Shown here: positions 32,035-40,779 of the stretch, piece by piece | Layout: every line of letters starts with the position of its first letter | Position numbering within the stretch: position 1 is the first letter of the stretch | NCBI GenBank assembly: GCA_963842085.1 | Contig: CAWJET010000001.1 | Coordinates: 1,952,001 to 2,016,000, forward strand | DNA length: 64,000 nucleotides | Origin: an uncultured delta proteobacterium | GTDB lineage: Bacteria; Desulfobacterota; Binatia; Binatales; Binataceae | Direction: 5' to 3' | Notes under the pieces: generated by a model | Database searches by the model: none | Told to the model about the DNA's origin: nothing | Seen by the model: only the letters and a program-made list of their open reading frames with translations | Made by a program: the position numbers and the translations under genes

Positions 32035-32065
32035 TGCGCGGGCAGACGACGGATCCGCGGTTCGC
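32035..32065 (+). repeat. Third partial copy of the phosphotransferase 3' region
   Basis: 31 bp identical to 29297-29327, located 10 bp after the DUF1329 stop. Confidence 0.85.
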
Positions 32066-32099
32066 CGATGATGGGTTCGAACAAGGAGCAGGGAGACGA

Positions 32100-32231
32100 A
32101 AAAGATCCCGGGGTCCCTCGACTCGGGAAGCCTCCCCGCTCGGGATGACGAAGGGGAGAGAGGCTCTGAATGACACAAGTAGCAGAGAGAGAAATAAAGT
32201 CCCGGTCCTTTCGACTTCGCTCAGCGCAGGC
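32100..32231. repeat. REP-like family B cluster
   Basis: CGCTCGGGATGAC, CTCTGAATGACAC and CCTTTCGACTTCGCTCAGCGCAGGC. Confidence 0.65.
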
Positions 32232-32287
32232 TGGCGGCCTGGCTCGGGGATCGCGCACGGCATTCGGAGGGGGGAAACAAACTCATA

Positions 32288-32316
32288 TTGATTAGATGGG
32301 CGGCGCTTGTTAGATT
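32288..32316 (+). promoter_or_regulatory. Putative sigma70 promoter of the guaB leader
   Basis: TTGATT-17 bp-TAGATT. Confidence 0.55.
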
Positions 32317-32369
32317 CGGACATGGCGCATCTGACTAAACGGACTGCGTGCAAAAACTGAAGGGTGATT

Positions 32370-32400
32370 GGGCCCGCGGAAAACCGCGGGCTCTTTTTTT
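32370..32400 (+). terminator. Intrinsic terminator in the guaB leader
   Basis: GCCCGCGG-AAAA-CCGCGGGC followed by TCTTTTTTT, ending about 40 nt before the guaB ATG. Confidence 0.8.
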
Positions 32401-32439
32401 ACCCGCTGACTTTACGGTTTGCCCAAGGAGGGCTTTAAA

Positions 32440-33894
32440 ATGGCGCATCAGGAGCTCCGCGAAGCACTTACCTTCGACGACGTTCTCTTGATCCCTCAAT
32501 CGTCCGATTTGCTGCCGGCGAATTGCGACGTCTCGACCGCGCTGACGCCCAAGATCCGCCTGCGTATCCCGCTGGTCTCGAGCCCGATGGACACCGTCAC
32601 CGAATCGCGCACGGCGATCGCAATCGCGCAGATGGGCGGGATCGGGTTCGTGCATCGCAATCTTTCGATCGAAGAGCAGGCCAGCGAGGTCGAGACGGTC
32701 AAGAAATATGAAAGCGGGATGATCGTCGATCCGATCACCGTCAGTCCCGAGCAGAAAATCGGCGAGGCCCTGGCGGTGATGGAACGCTACCGGATTTCCG
32801 GGCTGCCGGTGGTGTCGGACGGCCGCCTGGTCGGGATTCTGACCAATCGCGACCTCCGCTTCGAGCGGCGGCTGGACAAGCAGGTGCGCGACGTGATGAC
32901 CAGCAAAGTGATCACGGCGCGTCCCGGAATCGATCTCGAACACGCCAAGGAACTTTTGCAAGCGCATCGGATAGAGAAACTGCCGCTGGTGGACGAGCAG
33001 AACCGGCTGCGCGGGCTTATCACCGTCAAGGACATGGACAAGGCAATTCGGCATCCGCATGCGAGCAAGGATCAGATGGGGCGGCTGCGGGTTGGCGCGG
33101 CGGTCGGCGTCGGTCCGGAGCGGGAGGCGCGGGTGGCGGCGCTGCGGCGTGCGGGCGTCGACGTGATCTGCATCGACACCGCGCATGGGCATACGCGCAA
33201 CGTGATCGACGCGATCAAGGCGACCAAGAGCGAGTGGCCCGGGGTGGAAGTGGTGGCCGGAAACGTCGCGACCAGCGAGGGCGCCAAGGCGCTGTGCGAC
33301 GCGGGGGCCGATGCGCTGCGCGTCGGGATGGGACCGGGGTCGATTTGCACGACGCGGGTGGTGTCGGGAGTCGGCGTGCCGCAGATCACGGCGATAATGG
33401 ATACAATCGCGGTTGCCGAGCCGCGCAATATCCCGGTGATCGCCGACGGCGGAATCCGGTTCTCCGGCGATATCACCAAGGCGATTGCGGCCGGCGCGAA
33501 CAGCGTGATGATCGGCTCGCTGTTCGCGGGCACCGAGGAAAGCCCCGGCGAGACGATTCTCTACCAGGGGCGTACGTACAAACTTTACCGCGGGATGGGA
33601 TCGATCGGCGCGATGAACGAGCGCACGGGAGATCGTTACGGGCAGCTCAACCTGACCGACGGCAAGCACGTGCCGGAAGGAATCGAGGGGCGCGTACCGC
33701 ATCGCGGGTCGCTCGCGTCGAATATCGAGCAGCTGGTGGGCGGGCTGCAATCCGGGATGGGCTACCTCGGTGCGGCGAACCTGGCGGAGCTACGCAAGCG
33801 GGCGCGCTTCGTCAAGGTGAGCGACGCCGGGATGCGCGAGAGCCACGTGCACGACGTGTTCATCACGAAGGAAGCGCCGAATTACAGACAGTAG
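32440..33894 (+). CDS. guaB: IMP dehydrogenase
   Basis: 'LTFDDVLL', CBS pair, catalytic 'GPGSICTTR', 'IADGGI', 'YRGMGS', 'VPEGIEG'. Confidence 0.98.
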   Translation: MAHQELREALTFDDVLLIPQSSDLLPANCDVSTALTPKIRLRIPLVSSPMDTVTESRTAIAIAQMGGIGFVHRNLSIEEQASEVETVKKYESGMIVDPITVSPEQKIGEALAVMERYRISGLPVVSDGRLVGILTNRDLRFERRLDKQVRDVMTSKVITARPGIDLEHAKELLQAHRIEKLPLVDEQNRLRGLITVKDMDKAIRHPHASKDQMGRLRVGAAVGVGPEREARVAALRRAGVDVICIDTAHGHTRNVIDAIKATKSEWPGVEVVAGNVATSEGAKALCDAGADALRVGMGPGSICTTRVVSGVGVPQITAIMDTIAVAEPRNIPVIADGGIRFSGDITKAIAAGANSVMIGSLFAGTEESPGETILYQGRTYKLYRGMGSIGAMNERTGDRYGQLNLTDGKHVPEGIEGRVPHRGSLASNIEQLVGGLQSGMGYLGAANLAELRKRARFVKVSDAGMRESHVHDVFITKEAPNYRQ

Positions 33895-33920
33895 GATGCG
33901 GGGCTCCTCGCCCCGCGCCC

Positions 33921-34116
33921 CCGGCAGGGGTGACCCCTGCACCCAGTATTCAGAAAAGAAGGATGCGGGACTTCGTCCCTGTTAGGAGTTGTCTTGGGGT
34001 CGCGGCAAGCATTCTGCGCATGGCCGCGCTGCGACGGCATTCAGCTGGAACCGCAGAACCCTCACCTGTCGGCCGCGATGCGGCCGGCCGCCTCTCCCGT
34101 AAAGGAACGGGCGAGG
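33921..34116. repeat. Family A hairpin (33921-33944) and family C unit (34053-34116)
   Basis: GCAGGGGTGACCCCTGCACCC; GCAGAACCCTCACC...CTCTCCCGT..ACGGGCGAGG, also present at 62763-62806. Confidence 0.7.
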
Positions 34117-34186
34117 TAATTAGGGCATTAATATACTTGACTGACCGAACATGGTAAAGTGTCCGTGACGTGACAGGCCGAATGTT

Positions 34187-35556
34187 TTAACGATTGGTTC
34201 GGTCGCTCTCCATCAACTCTTCAGCGGTACGACGCGAAGGATCGAGAGACGGCATATGCTCGAAGTAATCTTTGCGACCGGGGCTTAATCCCATGCGATA
34301 GAGATGCTCCGGTTCGTTAAGCATCTGTTCGACAGTAACGAGATGAATTTCTAGCTTCTCTGATCGGACGCGGGCGACCTCTTCGTGAGAACCGCTCGTG
34401 AAGCTGAATGCGACAATATATCCACGGTTCTTTTTCGCGCGCTTCATCGCTGTTTCAAAGTTGTCAACTACATTCCGCCCGACGCTTTCGGATTGTTTCA
34501 CTTGTACTGGTTCGTGAAGCAAAAACGTCCAGCCGTCGATCCCCATGTCTCCACTTTTGCGATTTGTCTGGATGCCTGTGATCTGCGCGATCACCCAGTT
34601 CTGAAATTCACCTGGCTTCAACTGTTTCAGGTCTTCAATCGAACTTGGCATCCCGATTAGTGTGATTTCGGTGCTTAGTTTACCGAACCGTCGGTTAATC
34701 AGATTGCAAGCTGTGGGCGAGATGTCGATCCCATCCAGCGGCGTTTTAGCTTTTGTGCAACGGTCAGCGCCGTGCCGCAACCTGCAAACGGATCGAGGAC
34801 GATTTCGCCCTTATTTGACGATGCCTTTACGAACACTTCCAACAGACGTTCGGGCTTCTGAGTCGGATAGCCCATGCGTTCTTTTGATGACGGCATAGTT
34901 GGTTGAATGTCGAGCACGTCGTCAGGATGTTTGCCAAGCGGATTCGCTTCGTAAGTGTCGTAAACGTGTTCGCCAGTCGCCGTCTTGCGGAACGAGCGGG
35001 CTTTGTATTTAAGGCGGTCGAGCGATTCCTGACTGTACTCTGTGCGAATTTCATCGACGTTGAACGTCCATTCGTCGCCCTTGGTGTAAAAGAAAATGGT
35101 GTCATGGCGTCTGCCAAACCGCTTGGACGAAACGCCGCCGCCTCGATAGTGCCAGATCACTTCGTTCTGAAAATGATTCGCGCCGCATACTTCGTCGAGC
35201 ATCGCCTTTAGGTAGTGAGCGGCATGCCAATCGCAATGCAGGTACATCGAGCCAGTCGGCTTGAGCACGCGCCAGATTTCGTGCATCCGTTCCCGCATCC
35301 ATTCGACATAATGATGGACGCCACCTTCCCAACGGTCCTCGAAACTGCGGACTTCGGCTTCATCTCCCCAAATCACTTCGTATTGGCGATTGCTGAAAAA
35401 TGGCGGGTCGAGATAAACGAGGTCGATGGACTCCGTTGGGAGCACGGCCAACCGGCTTAAATTGTTGTCGCGATAAACGACGCCGGTTTCGGGGCCTGAC
35501 TCTTCCGGGGCTTCTATAAGGCGTGCAGCACGTCGTCTTCTGGGCATGCGCGCCAT
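34187..35556 (-). pseudogene. Beta-class N6A/N4C DNA methyltransferase fused to a C-terminal Mrr-like nuclease, split by a 1-nt frameshift
   Basis: Motif IV 'YLDPPF', 'YPTQKP' and motif I 'LDPFAGCGT'; 'RRWMG|IDISPTAC' is broken at about 34731; the downstream frame has 'EFQNW..GDMGIDG..VQVKQ'. Confidence 0.85.
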
Positions 35557-35695
35557 TCTACAGAGTCTCAAGAAAAGCGAAAGACCCGAAATGTCTGCCG
35601 CAGATAGACTCTGATAGAGAATCTATCGGGTCTATCAGACCTCTTGCGTGAAACAACTGAATGAGCATATTGTGTCCGATAGAGGTAATCCGACG

Positions 35696-36298
35696 ATGAG
35701 CAATAAAACGCAACCTATCAGCCAAGTACAGAAATTTGCGGATGAAGCCGAAAGGCTCGGCTGCTACTCCAAAGACCAGCGGTACAATTTCGGAACCGCT
35801 TGGGCAATCGTGCTTAAAGGCCTCACGGGAACGGGGCTGACAGATGCCTCTACTGTGGAGCAGTTGCGCCCGAAAATCGCAGAAATTTTCAAGGAACACG
35901 GGCGTCAAAGCCGCGCCAAGGCCGACAGCCTCAAAGCGTACTCAGGGCGTGTCATGCGGCTATTGGATGATTTTTTGAAGTACAACGGCGGGGATTTCAT
36001 GGCGTGGAAGGAAGCGCTGGCAAAATCTCCGTCAAACGATGATAATGGAAAACGTCGGCGGCGGAAGCCGTCGCGCCAGACTAGCAGTGGCGGAGATAAT
36101 ACCGACGTTATGATTCATCGTTTGGTCGTGCGGCAAGGAACAGAAGCGAAGATAGAGCTTCCTCAAGACCTATCTGAACCCGAACTTGAATCTGTGTGGG
36201 CGCAACTAACCGCGCTGAAGGGATACATCAAAGCACAGATTGAAGCCTTGGAGAAAAAGCCCGCGAAGACTTCGGAAAAAATTGCGCCGCAGGTCTGA
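35696..36298 (+). CDS. Hypothetical protein (IS passenger)
   Basis: Open frame of 200 aa with an AGAGGT RBS before ATG 35696; predicted helical N-terminus and a basic 'KRRRRK' linker. Confidence 0.7.
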   Translation: MSNKTQPISQVQKFADEAERLGCYSKDQRYNFGTAWAIVLKGLTGTGLTDASTVEQLRPKIAEIFKEHGRQSRAKADSLKAYSGRVMRLLDDFLKYNGGDFMAWKEALAKSPSNDDNGKRRRRKPSRQTSSGGDNTDVMIHRLVVRQGTEAKIELPQDLSEPELESVWAQLTALKGYIKAQIEALEKKPAKTSEKIAPQV

Positions 36299-36377
36299 CA
36301 ACCTACGGCGCTTGAAGCATCTCCGCCCGTGGATGGGCAAAGGACGGTGACGCTAAGTGCGGAGACCCCGCGCGTTA

Positions 36378-36542
36378 TTATGAACGCGCCCCCGCAAGGG
36401 GGCGCTTCCTACGCGGCTGTTTAATCGTTTTCTGGTCAACTTCTTTCTTGCTCACCGCGAGAACGCCCCGCGCTAGTTTGCGCAAACGATCAAACGCGGC
36501 CCCTGGTTCAAATTTTAAATTTTCAACCTTCGGAGATTTCAC
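36378..36542 (-). CDS. Small basic protein downstream of the IS1595 transposase (54 aa)
   Basis: GTG-start ORF 'KSPKVENLKFEPGAAFDRLRKLARGVLAVSKKEVDQK...', below the ORF-track cutoff; from memory it resembles short ORFs that trail IS1595 transposases. Confidence 0.5.
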   Translation of the reverse strand: MKSPKVENLKFEPGAAFDRLRKLARGVLAVSKKEVDQKTIKQPRRKRPLAGARS

Positions 36543-36582
36543 GAGCGACAGCGTAACACGTTGCCGCTTTCCCCGCCATTGC

Positions 36583-37539
36583 TTACGCCGGTAAGGGTTC
36601 GGCGGTCGATTCGGTCTTGCCAGTCAATTCCGCATACGTGAGCCGTCTGCCAAGCACGGAACTGGCAACGCCGATGAACCGCTCGCCGTCGTTCAGCTCG
36701 CGCTCGTTGAAGCGATACGCCTGTTCATCCAGATAGCGGAACAGGTGAAACGGCTCGACGCTGACGTATGTTCCCTTGAGACCACGTTTCAGCAGACTCC
36801 AGAAATTCTCGATTTTGTTAGTATGCACGTTGCCATCAACGTAGCGTTCGGCGTGATCGATCACATTGTGAATGTAATCCTGATCGAGGCCGTGATAACC
36901 GGCCCACGCATCAGTGAAGACATACGAGCCACCCTGCACATAGCGGCGCACATGGCTCTTGAGCGTTTCGCCTTGCGTGTTCGGTACATGAACGAGCCGG
37001 ACCTTGGAGCTATGCCGGTCCAGCAGACCCATCACGATTGCTTTACCAGCCCCGCCTGTGCCCGTGATTTTGGCCTTCTTGCTTTTGTGCATGTTTCGAG
37101 CGAGGCCGCCGATAAAAGTTTCGTCTGCTTCAACCTCTGAACCGGGGAACATATCGACCGACTGATTCTGCATCGCGAGCCGAATGCGATGATCCATGAA
37201 CCATGCGGTTTTCTGTGTCACGCCAAGACCGCGTGCCATTTCATAGCTGCTGATTCCGTTCTTGCAGTTCGCGATCAGCCACATCGCGGGTAGCCACTTA
37301 TCAAGGCCGATTGGCGAGTCCTCGAAGATCGTTCCGACCTTGAGCGAGAACTTTGCGCGCGGATGTTTCACGTAGCATTTCCACAGACGCGCCTTTTCGA
37401 GATACGTCACTTTCTCCGATTTGCAAGTCGGGCATCGGACCGTGCCATCCGGCCAGCGCATCTCGATCATGAATTGCTGGCAGTTATCGAAATCGGTGAA
37501 GTAGCGCATCGCTTGCTGGAGTGTGCTTGGATACTTCAT
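36583..37539 (-). CDS. IS1595-family (ISXO2-like) DDE transposase
   Basis: Zn-ribbon 'RWPDG..CPTC..WKC', HTH 'GISSYEMARGLGVTQKTAW', catalytic 'EADETFIGG', 'FTD', 'HTNKIENFWS', 'YLDE..YRFN'. Confidence 0.95.
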   Translation of the reverse strand: MKYPSTLQQAMRYFTDFDNCQQFMIEMRWPDGTVRCPTCKSEKVTYLEKARLWKCYVKHPRAKFSLKVGTIFEDSPIGLDKWLPAMWLIANCKNGISSYEMARGLGVTQKTAWFMDHRIRLAMQNQSVDMFPGSEVEADETFIGGLARNMHKSKKAKITGTGGAGKAIVMGLLDRHSSKVRLVHVPNTQGETLKSHVRRYVQGGSYVFTDAWAGYHGLDQDYIHNVIDHAERYVDGNVHTNKIENFWSLLKRGLKGTYVSVEPFHLFRYLDEQAYRFNERELNDGERFIGVASSVLGRRLTYAELTGKTESTAEPLPA

Positions 37540-37598
37540 GCCCCAAACATAGCAAATCGAGCGTGGTCAGTCAAGTATATTAATGCCGTAATTAGGAG

Positions 37599-37722
37599 CC
37601 GGGATTCTTCGCTTCGCTCTGAATGACACGAAAGGAATTGGGTGCAGGGGTCCGCGCCGGTGGCGACACCCCTGCCCAAGGAAGCGCGAAACCCACGGTG
37701 GGTTTCGCTACAATAAAGTTCC
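37599..37722 (-). repeat. Composite family A+B repeat, an inverted copy of 48693-48815
   Basis: Its reverse complement aligns almost base-for-base with 48693-48815 apart from a short linker. Confidence 0.85.
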
Positions 37723-37744
37723 TTTTCCACGCGGTGGCGGCGGC

Positions 37745-38938
37745 ATGATGGCAGAAAAAAAACGACTCAGGGTTGGGGTTCTGTTTGGTGGACGCTCGGG
37801 CGAGCATGAGATTTCGCTGCGCTCCGCGCTGACCGTGATGTCGGCGATGGATCCGGCGCGGTACGAGATCGTTCCGATTGGGATTGTCCGCGACGGGCGC
37901 TGGTATCTCGAACGCAACGCGCTCAAGCTGCTCGCCGAAAAGACGCCGCATCTTGCGGCGCTCGGCGCCGGCGGCACACAGGTGACGCTGCTGCCGCATC
38001 CGGAAGGGCAATCGCTGGAGGCGACGCCGGCCGACGGTGCGCGCGGCGCAATGACCGGCACACAAGATGCGATTCCCGGCGTCGACGTGGTGTTCCCGGT
38101 GTTGCACGGCACCTACGGCGAGGACGGCACGGTGCAGGGGCTGTTCGAGCTGGCGGGAATCGCGTACGTGGGAGCGGGGGTGCTCGGCTCGGCGCTTGGG
38201 ATGGACAAGGACGCGCAGAAGCGCATCCTGCGCGACGCCGGCGTCGCGGTGGTGAAATATTTCGCGATCGAGCGCGCCGACTACCGCGAGACTCCGGAGC
38301 TTGGGGCGCGGCTCGCGCGCAAACTTGGTTATCCCGTATTCGTCAAGCCCAACGCGCTGGGCTCGTCGATCGGAATAAGCAAGGTGAAGCGCGCCGCCGA
38401 GCTCAAAGCCGCGCTCGACGACGCTTTCCAGTACGATCGCAAGGCGCTGATCGAGGCGGCGTGCGAAGGCCGCGAGTTCGAGTGCTCGGTGCTGGGCAAC
38501 GATCGTCCCGAGGCGTCGATTCCCGGCGAAGTGCTGGTCAAGGGCGCGCATGAGTTTTACGACTACGAGTCGAAGTACGTCGATCCGGAAGGCTCCGCGA
38601 CAAAAATTCCCGCCGAGCTGCCGCCCGCCAAGACGAAGAAGCTGCGCGCGATGGCAGTGGCGGCATTCAAGGCGTTGTCGCTGCGCGGGATGGCGCGCGT
38701 CGATTTCCTGGCGAGCAGCGATTTGCGCGAGATCTACGTGAACGAGGTTAATACCATCCCCGGCTTCACGGCGATCAGCATGTATCCGAAGCTGTGGGAG
38801 GCGTCGGGCCTGCCGTTGCCCAGGCTTATCGATCGGTTGATCGAGCTGGCGCTCGAGGAACATCAGGAGCGCGCCTCGCTCAAGATCACGTATCATCCGA
38901 AATCTCTCGCGAAGTCTCCCGCAAAGCCCCGCGACTGA
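37745..38938 (+). CDS. ddl: D-alanine--D-alanine ligase
   Basis: '[11 protein letters not shown]', 'LHGTYGEDG', '[11 protein letters not shown]', 'FYDYESKY', '[10 protein letters not shown]'. Confidence 0.97.
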   Translation: MMAEKKRLRVGVLFGGRSGEHEISLRSALTVMSAMDPARYEIVPIGIVRDGRWYLERNALKLLAEKTPHLAALGAGGTQVTLLPHPEGQSLEATPADGARGAMTGTQDAIPGVDVVFPVLHGTYGEDGTVQGLFELAGIAYVGAGVLGSALGMDKDAQKRILRDAGVAVVKYFAIERADYRETPELGARLARKLGYPVFVKPNALGSSIGISKVKRAAELKAALDDAFQYDRKALIEAACEGREFECSVLGNDRPEASIPGEVLVKGAHEFYDYESKYVDPEGSATKIPAELPPAKTKKLRAMAVAAFKALSLRGMARVDFLASSDLREIYVNEVNTIPGFTAISMYPKLWEASGLPLPRLIDRLIELALEEHQERASLKITYHPKSLAKSPAKPRD

Positions 38939-38948
38939 ATCGATCACG

Positions 38949-39587
38949 ATGCGGCGGCTGCTGATTGCGACGACGAACCCGGCGAAGCTGGCTGAATACC
39001 GCTTGATTCTGAACGGCGCCGGCGTCGAGCTCGAGCTGGTGTCGCTCGCAGAGCTCGGAATTTCGGAGACTCCCGAGGAGACGGCGGCGACGTTCGGGGA
39101 GAACGCGCTGATCAAGGCGCGGTTCTACTTCGAGCGCGCGCAAATTGCGACGCTGGCCGACGACGGCGGACTCGAGATCGACGCGCTCGGCGGAGAGCCG
39201 GGAGTCAGGTCGCATCGCTGGCTCGGTTCGGGCGGCGATGATTCGGACCGGGCGCTGGTGGACGAAGTTATCCGCCGGATGAAGGATGTCGAGGCGGCGC
39301 GGCGGACCGCGCGAATTCGCGCCACGATCGCGCTGATACACGAGGAGGGCGGCGCGATCCGCGAGAAGACGGCGGAGGGCGCAATCGAGGGCGTGATCGC
39401 CGAGCGCGCGTATCCTGAAATTCGCGCGGGATTTCCTTATCGCGCGGTGCTGGTCATCCCCGGCCGCAACTGTTATCTGGGCCAACTCGGCGACGAGGAA
39501 GAGGCGCAAATCAGCCAGCGGCGGATCGCGGTGCTCAAGCTACGGGACGAACTGGAGCGGATAGCCGCAGGACGCGGCGCGGGCTAA
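38949..39587 (+). CDS. Ham1/RdgB-family non-canonical purine NTP pyrophosphatase (divergent)
   Basis: 'ATTNPAK', 'TFGENALIKAR', 'LADDGGLEIDALGGEPGV'. Confidence 0.85.
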   Translation: MRRLLIATTNPAKLAEYRLILNGAGVELELVSLAELGISETPEETAATFGENALIKARFYFERAQIATLADDGGLEIDALGGEPGVRSHRWLGSGGDDSDRALVDEVIRRMKDVEAARRTARIRATIALIHEEGGAIREKTAEGAIEGVIAERAYPEIRAGFPYRAVLVIPGRNCYLGQLGDEEEAQISQRRIAVLKLRDELERIAAGRGAG

Positions 39588-39603
39588 GATCGCCACGCAT
39601 AAG

Positions 39604-40776
39604 GTGAACGGCAAGCGCAAGGGCAAAGTCGTGGTGCTGCATCTGGCGGCGCGGTACCCGTTCGCGGGGGTGATCTGGCAATTGGTGCATCACCTGTTGG
39701 GGTTCAGACAGCTTGGGCTCGACGTTTACTATATCGAGGATCATTGCGCCTATGTGTACGATCCGACGATCGAAACGACCGCCACGGACCCGTCGCGCAA
39801 CCTGAAGGTGCTGGGCGGCGTGCTCGAGCGCTACGGCTTCGGCGAGAGGTGGGCCTTCCTGGACTCGGTGAAGGAGCAATACATCGGGATGTCGCGGGAG
39901 CGATGCATGGAACTGTTTCGCGACGCTGACATGGTTATCAATCTTTGCGGCGCCACCGAGCCGCGACCGGAGCATGAGCGCAGCCGCTGCCTGGTGTATC
40001 TCGAGACCGATCCGGGAGTGTTCCAGCTCGAGCTCGCGCGCAAGATTCCGACCACCGTGGCGTTTGCCAAATCGCACAAATTGTTCTTCACGTATTGCTA
40101 CAATATCGGCGCGCCCGATTGCCTGCTGCCGACCGCGGGCCTCGAATGGCATCCGACGCGTCCGCCGGTAAGTCTCGACGAGTGGCATCCGGGCGTCGGA
40201 CCGGCGGAGCCGACGACGTTCACGACTGTCGGCACGTGGCAGAATAACGGCAACGACATGGAAATCGCGGGCGAGACGTACTACTGGTCCAAGCATCTGA
40301 ATTTTCGCAAGGCACTCGAGGTTGCGGGGCGCGCGAAGCAGCCGATCGAGATTGCCACCAACCTGAGCGGCGGCCCCGACTACGAGCGCGCGCTCGCAGG
40401 AGGATTCAGCATCACGCCGGTGGTGCCGATGTCGCTCGACATCGATGCGTATCGCGATTACATCAGCTGGTCGCGCGGCGAGTTCACCGTGGCGAAGGAC
40501 ATCTACGTGAGGCCGCGCACGGGATGGTTCAGCGATCGCACGGTTTGCTACCTGGCGGCAGGGCGTCCGGTCGTGACGCAGCGGACCGGGTTTGAGAAGT
40601 TCATTCCCACCGGCGCCGGGCTGCTCGGATTCGACACGCCCGACGAAGCGGTCGATGCGATAGAGGAAGTCAACGCCGACTATCCGCGCCATGCCCACGC
40701 CGCGCGCGAGATAGCGGCCGAGTATTTCGACGCGGTGAAACTGCTCGACGAAATCGCGGTGGCCGCGGGGATCTGA
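39604..40776 (+). CDS. Putative glycosyltransferase (GT-B-like)
   Basis: C-terminal 'GWFSDRTVCYLAAGRPVV' resembles GT-B nucleotide-binding motifs. Confidence 0.6.
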   Translation: MNGKRKGKVVVLHLAARYPFAGVIWQLVHHLLGFRQLGLDVYYIEDHCAYVYDPTIETTATDPSRNLKVLGGVLERYGFGERWAFLDSVKEQYIGMSRERCMELFRDADMVINLCGATEPRPEHERSRCLVYLETDPGVFQLELARKIPTTVAFAKSHKLFFTYCYNIGAPDCLLPTAGLEWHPTRPPVSLDEWHPGVGPAEPTTFTTVGTWQNNGNDMEIAGETYYWSKHLNFRKALEVAGRAKQPIEIATNLSGGPDYERALAGGFSITPVVPMSLDIDAYRDYISWSRGEFTVAKDIYVRPRTGWFSDRTVCYLAAGRPVVTQRTGFEKFIPTGAGLLGFDTPDEAVDAIEEVNADYPRHAHAAREIAAEYFDAVKLLDEIAVAAGI

Positions 40777-40779
40777 ACG

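Larger units (their letters stand above)
34124..37587 (-). mobile_element. IS1595-family element carrying passenger genes (tIS)
   Basis: Perfect 23-bp TIRs GGCATTAATATACTTGACTGACC (34124-34146 and 37565-37587); 8-bp direct target repeat GTAATTAG (34116-34123 and 37588-37595); lower GC; transposase inside. Confidence 0.95.

Noticed and set aside
37364-37379. parS-like TGTTTCACGT inside the transposase
   Set aside because: Only the left half matches; the right half (AGCATT) does not.
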